Part shown: positions 15,971-25,035 of the stretch, one piece after another
Position numbering within the stretch: the first letter of the stretch is position 1
Layout: each line of letters begins with the position of its first letter
Assembly (NCBI GenBank): GCA_010692645.1
Contig: JAAHGS010000030.1
Coordinates: 15,553-47,552, forward strand
Reading direction: 5' to 3'
Source: Symploca sp. SIO2E9
GTDB lineage: Bacteria; Cyanobacteriota; Cyanobacteriia; Cyanobacteriales; Coleofasciculaceae
Length of the DNA stretch: 32,000 nucleotides
The notes under the pieces: model-generated
The model's input: only the letters and a program-made list of their open reading frames with translations
Database searches by the model: none
What the model was told of the DNA's origin: nothing
Made by a program: the position numbers and the translations under genes

Positions 15971-18900
15971 TTACAGCTCTAGCTGCTGCCGTGCTAGGTG
16001 GTAGTAAATCCCTTCTAGAGCCATAAGTTGCTCATGATTACCTTGCTCAGCTAGGATACCTTTATCTAGCACGAGGATGCAGTCGGCATTGCGTACGGTG
16101 GAAAGGCGGTGGGCAATGATGAAAGTAGTGCGCTCCCGGCTGATACGAGCGAGGTTTTGTTGAAAACGCCGCTCTGACTCAGTGTCTAGAGAGCTAGTTG
16201 CTTCATCAAGAACCAAAATCCTAGGACTGCCCAACAGTGCTCTAGCAATCGCGATCCGCTGGCGCTGCCCTCCAGAAAGTGTGGCACCTCGCTCCCCGAC
16301 TTTAGTGTTATATCCCAGTGGGAGGGATTGGATAAAAGCATGAGCCTCTGCTAATTTGGCAGCCTCTATTGCTTGTTCTAGGCTAAATTCAGGTCGATAT
16401 AGAACTATGTTCTCTAGTATTGTACCAGAAAACAAAAAACATTCCTGTGGTACAACGCCCAGCTGAGAACGCAAGGACTCGGGGGAAACGTGCCGGATAT
16501 CGTGACCATCGATACAAATGCGACCCTGAGTAGGGTAATATAGGGCTTGGAGTAGCTTTACCAAAGTGCTTTTGCCCGAACCACTACGTCCAACAATGGC
16601 AATAGTTTGTCCGGCTCGAACCTCCAGCGAAATATTCTGAAGAGTGTTCTTATCCTCTTCTTCAGAGTAACGAAAAGTAATATTTTCCAAGACGACATCA
16701 CCCCTAATTGGAGGCATAACCAGCATTGGTTCTCGGGGATTTTCCTCTGGCTGTGTTGCAAAGATATCATTGAGTCGTTCTACGGAGACGAGAATTTCTT
16801 GAAACTGGTCCCAAAGTCCCACCAACTTCAACACTGGGCCTGTCACCCTGCCAATGAGCATATTAAAGGCCACAAACTGACCAATGGTGAGTTGATCGCT
16901 AATCACCAGGTTTGCCCCATAAGCCAGTAAAGCCGTGCTACTGATGGTCTTAAAAAAACCACTAACTGAACGCAAACCATTACTGAGTTTCTGAGCTTTA
17001 AATCTCACATTAAACTGATTTGTGAGTAATTCTTCCCACTGCCAACGCACCTCTTGCTCAGCTGCTGAGGCCTTCACTGTTGCTACTCCCGACATCATTT
17101 CCACTAACTTAGAGTTTTGCTCTGCTGATGCCTTAAAAATTTCCCGTGACAGTTGGCGCAGGAATGGACTAGCTACCACTGTCAAAATGGCAATAGGTGG
17201 GATTGTTGAGAGCACTAGTAGGGTTAGTTGCCAGTTGTAGTAGAGCATCAGCCCTGTAGAAACAAACAACATCAGAACATCGAGCCAAGTGGAAATCGCT
17301 TGCTTAGTGATAAACGACTGAATTTTCCTGGTTTCCTGAACTCGTGTGATGATGTCTCCTACCTGGCGTGATTCAAAGAATTTTAGGGGTAACCTCAGGG
17401 TATGGTTCATGAAGCCGCTGAGGAAGGTGAGACTCAACCGATTGGAATAGTAGTCCATCAGGTATCGCCTGGTAGCAGTTATACCAATGCCCCAAAGACC
17501 AAATATCACTAGCCCAGCAGCTACAACCTGCAAGGTGATTAAGCTTTTGTTGACGATCACCCGGTCAAGAATGATTTGGGTAAACAGGGGGGTAATCAGA
17601 CCAAAAACCTGGAGTAGCAGGGAAGCCAGGACAACTTGCAACAGTATCCCACGATGGGGCCACAATAAACCCCAAAAGCGATTGAGGGAGATCTTTTCAT
17701 CTTTGGCTGCTGCCAATTGTACTGTCGGGTCCAACAGCAGGGCATATCCTGTCCAGTTGCTGATAAATTCTTGTTTAGAGAGAGAACGTACTCCCATCGC
17801 TGGATCAGCAAGGATAACGCGGTTGCCCTTGACACGGTAAACGACAATATAGTGGTCTCCCTGCCAATGAGCAACCCAGGGATTGGCTTGCTCAACTAAG
17901 CGGCTTAAAGAAGCTCTTACTGGACTAGACCTAAATCCCAAAGTTTCAGCAGCTCTGGCTAAACCTTTAAGGGAAGCACCAGAGCGCCCCACACCAGCTA
18001 GTTCCCGCAGAGAGTTGAGGTTAAACCTCTTGCCCCAGTATCGCCCGATCATTGCCAAGCAGGCGGCACCGCAATCAGAAGAACTATGCTGCTGAATGAA
18101 AGGGTAGCGTTGCCAAAACCCTCGACGCCTGGGTAACCTGGCTGGTTGAGGAAAATCAATCTTTTCCGATTCGGTGTTCGAGGCTGGGGTTGGCGGCTTG
18201 GGAGGGATTTTCTTGTGTAGGTTGGATGGGGGTATTGCCCTTAATCTATTGGCAACGCCTCCATTATTTTGCTGAGCAAGGTCACCATTACCGGAAGCAG
18301 CAGCAATGGGCTTAGAGTCTTGGGAGTCAAGGTTGACTCCTAAACCGGCAACTACTGCCCAATGTTCTTTAGGGAGCTTGTAAACCAATAAATCGGTTTT
18401 AGCAATCCACTCAGCTGGTATCGGCTCTGGATAGCCCCAACTTTCTCCCGTAATCGATGTTGTTATTTCTTTGCCTTTACTAATTTCACCACTACGTAAC
18501 CAGAAGTGCCCAGAGTCGGAAGACTTAATAAGTGCTTCGTCTGCGGGCATCAAAGTTTCTTCTATGTAGGGTAAAACTTGCTTTAGGGAAGCTACGGGCA
18601 AACGCCGCCATTGTGTTGCAGTCTTGAAAAAGACCAGACTTTGTCTAGTCTGGGCACTCTCAAGTAACTTTTGTCGTAACTGTGGGAGTTTTTCCAACCA
18701 AGACTGTAGTTTGGCAATGGGCATCCAGGCAATTTGACCCTCACTGGCCGCAATTACGCGAGTTAGAGCAGGAATATGGACGAACAAAGGCTCACTGCCA
18801 AAACTGTCTCCGGCTTCAAGTACCATCACAGAAACTTCTTTGCTCTGTGTGGTGTCAAAGCCCAGAAGTCGCACCCGCCCCTGGCAAATTATGAATAATC

Positions 18901-19117
18901 CCTGAGTGTGTTCATCATGAACAGAATCTTCTGAAGTATTGGTGGCAATGTAGCTGTGTAAATAATCACCTAGTTGAAAATCGCTGATTTCAAATGCCTG
19001 AGTGAAATCTGACTCCAAGTATTTGTCCTCGGAAGACAGGCTCAGGAGGTTGAGGATATCGGTAAGGCTCTCGAAAACATTTTTTTTGCTTGCGTAGAGC
19101 CCCTTAGATCCTGACAT
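15971..19117 (-). CDS. Peptidase-C39-domain ABC exporter with an N-terminal cyclic-nucleotide-binding-like domain (HetC-like architecture)
   Basis: A 1048-aa ORF with an ATG start. The N-terminal part is a cNMP/CAP-effector-like fold (GLFIICQGRVRLLGF...LEAGDSFGSEPLF). The C39 catalytic Cys lies in QQHSSSDCGAACLAMIGRYWGK. Six TM helices follow. The ATPase motifs are Walker A GRSGSGKST, signature LSGGQRQRIAIARAL and Walker B ILVLDEATSSLD. Confidence 0.9.
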   Translation of the reverse strand: MSGSKGLYASKKNVFESLTDILNLLSLSSEDKYLESDFTQAFEISDFQLGDYLHSYIATNTSEDSVHDEHTQGLFIICQGRVRLLGFDTTQSKEVSVMVLEAGDSFGSEPLFVHIPALTRVIAASEGQIAWMPIAKLQSWLEKLPQLRQKLLESAQTRQSLVFFKTATQWRRLPVASLKQVLPYIEETLMPADEALIKSSDSGHFWLRSGEISKGKEITTSITGESWGYPEPIPAEWIAKTDLLVYKLPKEHWAVVAGLGVNLDSQDSKPIAAASGNGDLAQQNNGGVANRLRAIPPSNLHKKIPPKPPTPASNTESEKIDFPQPARLPRRRGFWQRYPFIQQHSSSDCGAACLAMIGRYWGKRFNLNSLRELAGVGRSGASLKGLARAAETLGFRSSPVRASLSRLVEQANPWVAHWQGDHYIVVYRVKGNRVILADPAMGVRSLSKQEFISNWTGYALLLDPTVQLAAAKDEKISLNRFWGLLWPHRGILLQVVLASLLLQVFGLITPLFTQIILDRVIVNKSLITLQVVAAGLVIFGLWGIGITATRRYLMDYYSNRLSLTFLSGFMNHTLRLPLKFFESRQVGDIITRVQETRKIQSFITKQAISTWLDVLMLFVSTGLMLYYNWQLTLLVLSTIPPIAILTVVASPFLRQLSREIFKASAEQNSKLVEMMSGVATVKASAAEQEVRWQWEELLTNQFNVRFKAQKLSNGLRSVSGFFKTISSTALLAYGANLVISDQLTIGQFVAFNMLIGRVTGPVLKLVGLWDQFQEILVSVERLNDIFATQPEENPREPMLVMPPIRGDVVLENITFRYSEEEDKNTLQNISLEVRAGQTIAIVGRSGSGKSTLVKLLQALYYPTQGRICIDGHDIRHVSPESLRSQLGVVPQECFLFSGTILENIVLYRPEFSLEQAIEAAKLAEAHAFIQSLPLGYNTKVGERGATLSGGQRQRIAIARALLGSPRILVLDEATSSLDTESERRFQQNLARISRERTTFIIAHRLSTVRNADCILVLDKGILAEQGNHEQLMALEGIYYHLARQQLEL

Positions 19118-19566
19118 AATTTGGTTTAATTTTGGATTGATATATCTAGTTGTTGTCTGTTGTAGTCAATTCTGAGATTGCCAGTCAAGTGCCTGTCCAT
19201 GCAATCTACGTGTATTTACGGAATCTTCAAGGAAACTTCAAAAAAAACTGATTTAATATTCATATAATCTTCATATTAAATTGAACAGCAATGAGTTATG
19301 GAGAAATTGAATCGGGAATCGGCTGTTATTGAAGACCTCTAGCGATGTGGGGAAGCAAGTTAACCACAATTGATTTAAGGGAACTCCAAGAACTAAATTA
19401 TCCAATTTACTTGGAAATATGAGGTAGAGAATCTTCTCCCCGAGCCATCCCCCCCTCTGCCTCGATGGGATATTTTTTTATTTGGAAGTCCCTAAGGTGA
19501 GTTCGATTTATTTAATTTAACCCCTCTCCAAAGTTCTGCCTGCTACACTGGACAAGGGGAATACTA

Positions 19567-20643
19567 TCAAGCTGGTTGACTCAAAGCACCAGTGAGATAG
19601 TTAGCAGAAGCTGCCACTAAGGCGATCGCATTTTCGTAAATCATCCTGGTTGGACCAAGAATTGCCACACTCCCCACTGGTTTCTCATCTTGCTGATAAT
19701 TAGCACTAACTAGAGTACAAATACGCATCGGTTCCAAGGGGTTTTCTGAACCAATCCTCACCGATACCCTAGGCTGAAACTCCTGTAACTCTGGCAACTC
19801 AAAGATTACTGACGATAGTTGTTCCTGTTCCTCCTCAAGTAAATGCATGAGCATCTGAACTTGCTGTAACTGGGAAAATTCTGGCTGGCGCAACACCTCT
19901 GAAACACCGCGAATCATGATTGGTGTAGATGCTGGTGCTTTCAGGCGTTGGCTTAATTCTGACAGCAAAGATGATAAAAAATCCGCATACTGAGCAAATT
20001 CTCGGTCGAGTTCACTCCAATCCTGGGTTACGATTTCACACAGTGCTCGCCCCCGCAGCTTACTATTCAAGAAATTTGATAAGATTTGTAACTCACGCTC
20101 GACAATCGACTCATCTACTGCTCCATCATCTGCTGAGTTTGGCAGTTTCATTAACACGGATTTGGTTTCATAGGAATTGGTTAATACCACCAGCATCACT
20201 CGCTTGGGCTCGATTTGTACCAACTGTAAATGCCGCAACCGCGTAGTTTGAGTCCTAGGAATGGTAATCAGAGCAATGTAGCCGCTAATTGTTGCCAGCA
20301 TTTGCGCTGCATCCCTCAGAATTGCTTCCAAGCCCCATTCCTCCCAGTTCAAATTATCTGCCAGTAAATTCTCAATCTGGCGTTCAAAGGTTTCGGAAGG
20401 GTTGATCAGCTGATCAACGTAAATGCGGTAGCCAGAGTCAGAGGGAACCCTTCCAGCAGAGGTGTGGGGTTGATATAATAGTCCTCCTTTTTCTAAGGCT
20501 CCCATACAGGCGCGAATTGTGGCAGGACTGACACTAAGGTCATACTCAGAAGCTAAGGCTTTTGAACCCACTGGTTCTGCCGTCGCAATGTAATGACGGA
20601 TAGTTGCCCAGAGGATGCGTTGTTGCCGATTCGTCAGACTCAT
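19567..20643 (-). CDS. hrcA: Heat-inducible transcription repressor HrcA
   Basis: A 358-aa ORF. The N-terminus reads [77 protein letters not shown], which is the canonical HrcA winged-helix region. Confidence 0.92.
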   Translation of the reverse strand: MSLTNRQQRILWATIRHYIATAEPVGSKALASEYDLSVSPATIRACMGALEKGGLLYQPHTSAGRVPSDSGYRIYVDQLINPSETFERQIENLLADNLNWEEWGLEAILRDAAQMLATISGYIALITIPRTQTTRLRHLQLVQIEPKRVMLVVLTNSYETKSVLMKLPNSADDGAVDESIVERELQILSNFLNSKLRGRALCEIVTQDWSELDREFAQYADFLSSLLSELSQRLKAPASTPIMIRGVSEVLRQPEFSQLQQVQMLMHLLEEEQEQLSSVIFELPELQEFQPRVSVRIGSENPLEPMRICTLVSANYQQDEKPVGSVAILGPTRMIYENAIALVAASANYLTGALSQPA

Positions 20644-20831
20644 TTGCGAGAATATTAGCTGAAATTAATCAGGTTCTTTAAATGTGCAAATGATTGTAAA
20701 GATTATTACACAATAATAAAGTAACACTATATCCAATAACTTTCCTAAGCACCAACTTGAGTTACTCACATCTGGGTAGATTTAGTCAGTAGCAGAGGAT
20801 ACGCTCAAGCTCAAGTACCCTTTGATACTCC

Positions 20832-21191
20832 TTAGTAACGAGGGATGCGATCATCAACAAGCAGCGAGTAGGCATCAATACCACCAGAAATATTTTTGAC
20901 GTTAGTGAAGCCCTGGCTAGCTAGCCACTGGCACATCTGAGCTGAGCGGACACCGTGATGGCACATAACTAGGGTTTCGTTGTCTCGATCAAAGCGAGTT
21001 GTGATTTGGTCAGACCATTGAGCAAATTCACTTAAGGGTAACACCTCAAAGCCCTCAAGATGGGCAATCTCTACCTCCTGAACCTCTCGTACGTCGATTA
21101 ATTGGAGAGTATCAGAAGAAAGAGCTATCCTTTGAGCCAATTCCTCAACAGAGATTTCGGGGATGGATTGATCGGGAGATTGATTTACCAT
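20832..21191 (-). CDS. Single-domain rhodanese-like sulfurtransferase
   Basis: The track start at 21194 is a TTG, and the ATG at 21191 gives MVNQSPDQ. The active-site loop is VMCHHGVRSAQMCQWL, followed by NISGGIDAYS. Confidence 0.85.
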   Translation of the reverse strand: MVNQSPDQSIPEISVEELAQRIALSSDTLQLIDVREVQEVEIAHLEGFEVLPLSEFAQWSDQITTRFDRDNETLVMCHHGVRSAQMCQWLASQGFTNVKNISGGIDAYSLLVDDRIPRY

Positions 21192-21384
21192 CAAAATTTT
21201 TCCAAAAATCTATAAGACTTATTAAAGTACTGCTCATGAAACGACGAACAAGGAATCCCTAATGTAATCTTAACGGTAGGGAAACCCACAACAAATCGAA
21301 GAAGATGGCATGGGAGGATGTCACTTAGTGGTTGGCAAGAATAGGTGAGTGCTCCACACACTGACTCTACGAGTACAGTGTGGG

Positions 21385-21640
21385 CTTCTTAAGACTTTTT
21401 AAGACAGCCTCAGTCAATAGCCTCAGTCTTCCGTCGTGCTAGGGAGACTACGTTGCCCAGAATGTATAGGCACTCAGGGGTGTAGGGCTGACAACCCGCG
21501 TTCTAGCCCCGGACTCTGCGGCTTTTGATTAAACATCCCTGCTGTGTGAGAGGGGAAGTGTTGAGAGCTAGAAACCTGGGACAACATTGGCGAAGAACAC
21601 CACCTTTACGGGTTCAACTTTATGTAGTTGAAAATCATGA
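21385..21640 (+). ncRNA. Candidate IscB omega RNA (HEARO-type structured RNA); the 5' boundary is approximate
   Basis: The region is ORF-free and lies directly upstream of, and co-oriented with, iscB. By eye, its GC content is higher than that of other intergenic DNA in this window. It contains direct repeats ttaagac x2 (21389, 21399) and agcctcagtc x2 (21406, 21419). The stem gggct/agccc spans 21485-21509. A 7-bp hairpin, ttcaact/agttgaa (21613-21632), ends 4 nt before the ATG. The call rests on position plus visible structure; it is not an alignment to a covariance model. Confidence 0.5.
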
Positions 21641-22965
21641 AAGTTTGTGTAGTTAACATTGGTGAGCGTCCGTTGATGCCCACCACACCGAGAAAAGCCA
21701 AAATCTTGCTCAGGGAGGGAGCAGCAAAGATATTTAGGCGCGACCCATTTACGATCCAATTGCTCAGTGATTGCCACGGCTACATTCAGCCAGCCACCTT
21801 GGGAATTGATGCAGGTTACTTGAACATTGGCTACAGTGCACTCAATCAAACAGCAGAGCTGATTGGCGGCGAAGTCAAAATGCTCGAAGGGATGTCACAA
21901 CGCATAAGCGAAAAGCTTAAGTACCGTCGCACTCGTCGTAATCGATTGCGTTATAGAGCGCCAAGATTCAATAACCGTCGGCGCAATAATGGTTGGTTAA
22001 CTCCGAGTATCGAGCACAAGTTAGATACCCACCATCGTCTCATCGACCGAATTAAGTCCGTGTTGCCGATTGAGACAGTAGTGATAGAAGTAGCCAACTT
22101 TGACATCCAAAAAATCAAGAATCCAGAAATCTCTGGAAATGGGTATCAACAAGGGGAACAAAATGGTTTCGACAATTTGAGGGAGTACCTGTTACATCGA
22201 GATGGGCATAAATGTCAGCATCCAGAGTGCAAAAATAAATCCAAACAACCCAATCTTCAAGTACATCATTTGGGCTTTTGGAAAAATCCTCCAGACCGCA
22301 CTGACCGCCCTGGTAATCTCATCACTCTCTGCAACAAATGTCATACCCCAGCGCAGCACAAAAAGAAAGGAAAATTGTTTGGATGGGAGCCAAAAATCAA
22401 GCCATTCAAGCCTGAGACTTTCATGTCTACAGTGCGGTGGAGGCTTGCCAAAGATACTGGTTACAAGGCAACTTTTGGGTACATCACGAAAGCGAAACGC
22501 CGCATTTTAAAGTTGGATAAATCACATCATAATGATGCTTTTGTCATTGCTGGAGGCGAGTATCAAACTAGGTGTGAGGCATTAAATCTGGTTCAGATAC
22601 GAGGCAACAAGCGTTCAATGGAACAATTCTATGATGCCAAGTATTTGGACATCAGAGATAAAGTGCCAAAATCAGGAACGGAATTGTTTTCTGGTCGTAG
22701 AACGCGCAATAACAATCTTAATAGCGAAAACCTACGAGTGTACCGAGGACACAAATTATCCAAAGGACAGCGTAGGGTTAAAAAGCTTCGCTATCGCTAT
22801 CAACCTCATGATGAGGTTGAATTTGAAGGAGCCGTTTTTGAGGTAGTAGGAATGCAAAACAAAGGCACCGGAGTTAAGTTGAAAGATTACCCAGGCATTA
22901 AGAATAAAGTGGTCAAAATTTCTGCTGTTAAGTCAGTTAAGAAGCGAGGAGGTATTTGTGCTTAA
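21637..22965 (+). CDS. iscB: IscB: IS200/IS605-associated OMEGA RNA-guided nuclease (RuvC split by HNH, PLMP domain, Arg-rich bridge helix)
   Basis: The track start at 21628 is a TTG, and the ATG at 21637 gives MKVCVVNIGERPLMPTTPRKAKILL, which contains the PLMP motif. The remaining motifs, in order, are RuvC-I TLGIDAGYLNIGYSA, RRXRR/bridge KLKYRRTRRNRLRYRAPRFNNRRRNNGW, RuvC-II ETVVIEVANFD, HNH CQHPEC...LQVHHL...GNLITLCNKCH, and RuvC-III KSHHNDAFVIAG. A basic C-terminal domain follows. Confidence 0.85.
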   Translation: MKVCVVNIGERPLMPTTPRKAKILLREGAAKIFRRDPFTIQLLSDCHGYIQPATLGIDAGYLNIGYSALNQTAELIGGEVKMLEGMSQRISEKLKYRRTRRNRLRYRAPRFNNRRRNNGWLTPSIEHKLDTHHRLIDRIKSVLPIETVVIEVANFDIQKIKNPEISGNGYQQGEQNGFDNLREYLLHRDGHKCQHPECKNKSKQPNLQVHHLGFWKNPPDRTDRPGNLITLCNKCHTPAQHKKKGKLFGWEPKIKPFKPETFMSTVRWRLAKDTGYKATFGYITKAKRRILKLDKSHHNDAFVIAGGEYQTRCEALNLVQIRGNKRSMEQFYDAKYLDIRDKVPKSGTELFSGRRTRNNNLNSENLRVYRGHKLSKGQRRVKKLRYRYQPHDEVEFEGAVFEVVGMQNKGTGVKLKDYPGIKNKVVKISAVKSVKKRGGICA

Positions 22966-23040
22966 AAGCACTCAGACGCTCCGATTCATGAGGGGCTGTC
23001 GCACCGAATTCATTCCCAGCGTTTAAACGCCCCATCCCAA

Positions 23041-23143
23041 GGGTGAACGAAATTTTGGTTGGAATTTCAATTCTCCGCGTCTGGAGCGTCTCCGCGTCTC
23101 CGCGTCTGCTTACTCGTTCCCCCACTCTTTTTTTCGCTCACCC
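23041..23143 (+). mobile_element. Family-A MITE copy 2 (103 bp) with a perfect 9-bp target-site duplication
   Basis: The sequence runs gggtgaacgaaattttgg...ccgcgtct repeats...ttttcgctcaccc. The flanks are identical: ccatcccaa at 23032-23040 and 23144-23152. Confidence 0.85.
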
Positions 23144-23262
23144 CCATCCCAAGCTGACCCCTCCGGGGTACAGGCGTGGGGCTTCTTGCCCGAGCAGCTA
23201 AAATAGGCTGAAAATAGGCATAATAACCTAATCTAACGCCTTCGGACGCTTTCAAAATCACC

Positions 23263-25032
23263 ATGAAGCTACGCTCGTTCTTTTCTGTCTTAGCAGTTGG
23301 TGCCATTGGGCTGCTGTTGACTGCTGTAGGAGGCTTTTTCTGGTTAACCTCCCAAAGCCCCCTGAATTTACTGCACGGAGGTGTAAAGACCAATCCAACT
23401 GCTGCAATTTTTGTGCCGAAACAGGCACCGATAATGGTGTCAATGCAAGTTAATCCAGAGCGTTTGGAAGCATTTAGGCAACTAGCAGCACGTCCAGTTT
23501 ATCGGCGACAAGCCCGTGCTGAACTAAAGCAATTTGAACAGAGTCTGCTGGCAATTATTGACGCTGATTTAGACTACCGTCGTGATATTCAACCCTGGTT
23601 GGGAGATGAAATCACTCTAGCTGTTACCTCTCTAGACTTTGACCGCAATCGAGAGAATGCCACACAGCCTGGATACTTACTGGCACTCACCGCTAAAGAC
23701 CCCAAACGGGCCCGAGAGTTCTTACAACTTTTTTACTCCAAGCAGGCGCTCTCTGAAACCTCGGATTTAGTCTTGGAAAAGTACAAAGGCGTTAACCTGT
23801 TTTACAAGCGTCCACTGGTCCAAATGGAGCCATCTGGTGATGATTTTAATCAAAGTCAGATGTTTACAACTCTTACTAGCGCAATCGTGGGGGACCGCTT
23901 TGTGCTATTTGCCAATCATCCCAAAGTTTTACGAAGTGCCATTAACACAGTCCAAGCTGCAAACCTAAGCTTGGAAAATGAGCCTGTCTACCAGCAAACT
24001 CTGCAAAGTCTAAGTGAACCTAGGATTGGTTTAAGTTTTGTAAATCTCCCAGCTTTGACAGCCTGGATTGCTAATCAACCAGTACCTGTGCAGGATACCT
24101 TGCAGGGTTCTGAGACTCTAGCATTTGCCCTGTCACTGGATCTTCAAGGTTTAGTAGCACAAACAGCTTTGGTAGGGGCAGAACCTGGTACTCAAAGCCA
24201 ACAGCCCACTCTCTGTGAACCAGTAGCCGCCTTACAGTATATTCCAGCCAAGAGTGCCTTTGCGATCGCAGGTACTGACTTAAATCAACTCTGGAACCGT
24301 CTTCAGACAGGTGTTGCCAGCGATGAAACCCTCAAACCGTTGCTGGAGAAATCCCTCGCCAGTTTACGCTCACGCTGGGGCATTCAACTGCCAGAGGATG
24401 TATTTAGTTGGGTACAAGCAGAATATGCACTCTCAATGCTGCCTCGCCCAGATAGAGAAAATCCCGATTGGATTTTTGTCGCAGGAAAATTGGATAACTC
24501 AACAGCCCAGGTATCAATTGAGCATCTAGACACTGTTGCCAAGCAACAGGGAATGAGTGTAGGTTTTCTGTCACTGGGAGAACACAAACTCACAGCCTGG
24601 ACAAAGCTGACTACATCTGCTCAAGTTGCTGCTAGTCGCCAAGCAGAAGCAGAGTTGACTCAACCCTTACTAAAGTTAGAAGCACAAGTTCAGGGAGTCC
24701 ATACCACTGTAGGAGATTACGAAATTTTCGCAAGTTCGATTGCTGCAATGGATCAGGCGCTTAAGGGAAGGTTGAATTCTCTGCTCAAAAGTGAGCAATT
24801 TCAAAGTGCGATTGCCTCTTTACCGGAACAAAATGATGGCTATTTTTATCTTGACTGGAAGCGGAGTGAAGCTTTGCTCAAGCGTCAGCTGCCAATTGTG
24901 AGAGTAGCTCAGCTAGTAGGAAAACCTCTATTTGATCATCTGCAATCTCTTAGTCTTAGCAGCTACGGTATCGATAAAGGCATCCGACGAAGCAAGCTGT
25001 TTCTCCGGCTAGATACTACTGAGCAAGTGTGA
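23263..25032 (+). CDS. Conserved cyanobacterial membrane-anchored protein, DUF3352-like
   Basis: A 589-aa ORF with an ATG start. It has an N-terminal signal-anchor (FFSVLAVGAIGLLLTAVGGFFWL) followed by a long soluble region (DIQPWLGDEITLAVTS...). The family name is assigned from memory of similar cyanobacterial proteins and has not been verified. Confidence 0.7.
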   Translation: MKLRSFFSVLAVGAIGLLLTAVGGFFWLTSQSPLNLLHGGVKTNPTAAIFVPKQAPIMVSMQVNPERLEAFRQLAARPVYRRQARAELKQFEQSLLAIIDADLDYRRDIQPWLGDEITLAVTSLDFDRNRENATQPGYLLALTAKDPKRAREFLQLFYSKQALSETSDLVLEKYKGVNLFYKRPLVQMEPSGDDFNQSQMFTTLTSAIVGDRFVLFANHPKVLRSAINTVQAANLSLENEPVYQQTLQSLSEPRIGLSFVNLPALTAWIANQPVPVQDTLQGSETLAFALSLDLQGLVAQTALVGAEPGTQSQQPTLCEPVAALQYIPAKSAFAIAGTDLNQLWNRLQTGVASDETLKPLLEKSLASLRSRWGIQLPEDVFSWVQAEYALSMLPRPDRENPDWIFVAGKLDNSTAQVSIEHLDTVAKQQGMSVGFLSLGEHKLTAWTKLTTSAQVAASRQAEAELTQPLLKLEAQVQGVHTTVGDYEIFASSIAAMDQALKGRLNSLLKSEQFQSAIASLPEQNDGYFYLDWKRSEALLKRQLPIVRVAQLVGKPLFDHLQSLSLSSYGIDKGIRRSKLFLRLDTTEQV

Positions 25033-25035
25033 AAG

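Larger units (their letters stand above)
21350..23031 (+). mobile_element. Solo IscB element (IS200/IS605-derived, no tnpA in the window); boundaries not resolved
   Basis: The iscB gene and its upstream structured RNA region sit between the housekeeping rhodanese and DUF3352-like genes. A 9-bp bulged hairpin at 21354-21384 (ccAcacactg/cagtgtggg) is a possible subterminal structure. The right limit is set only by the adjacent family-A MITE target duplication, which starts at 23032. Confidence 0.4.

Noticed and set aside
16558-18894. Multiple 60-117-aa ORFs overlapping the ABC exporter gene on either strand
   Set aside because: They are shadow ORFs inside a 1048-aa gene with unambiguous C39, TMD and NBD motifs.
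19118-19566. NtcA-type GTA-N8-TAC box and a 13-codon ORF (19291-19332, MSYGEIESGIGCY) in the promoter region of the HetC-like exporter
   Set aside because: No exact GTA-N8-TAC was found by eye. The mini-ORF has no RGSGR-type motif, no visible ribosome-binding site, and no conservation evidence available here.
20644-20831. Search for a CIRCE operator (TTAGCACTC-N9-GAGTGCTAA) upstream of hrcA
   Set aside because: No match beyond a fragment (taagcacc). Absence is not unusual, because CIRCE normally sits at groE promoters.
21628-21636. Upstream starts given by the ORF track for several genes (21628, 1356, 8989, 13417, 21194, 27702, 29113)
   Set aside because: These codons are TTG or GTG. In each case an ATG a few codons downstream gives a more typical N-terminus. 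For 27702 and 29113, the ORF is a fragment of a disrupted gene.
21568-21849. 93-aa minus-strand ORF spanning the iscB start and the upstream RNA region
   Set aside because: It is antisense to the iscB N-terminus, including the PLMP and RuvC-I motifs, and has no motif of its own. The region is better explained as the junction of the omega RNA and iscB.
22937-23443. Minus-strand ORFs 22937-23125, 23067-23393 and 23258-23443
   Set aside because: They run through the family-A MITE and its tandem 8-mers or lie antisense to the DUF3352-like gene start. Their R/G/P-rich translations are repeat artefacts.
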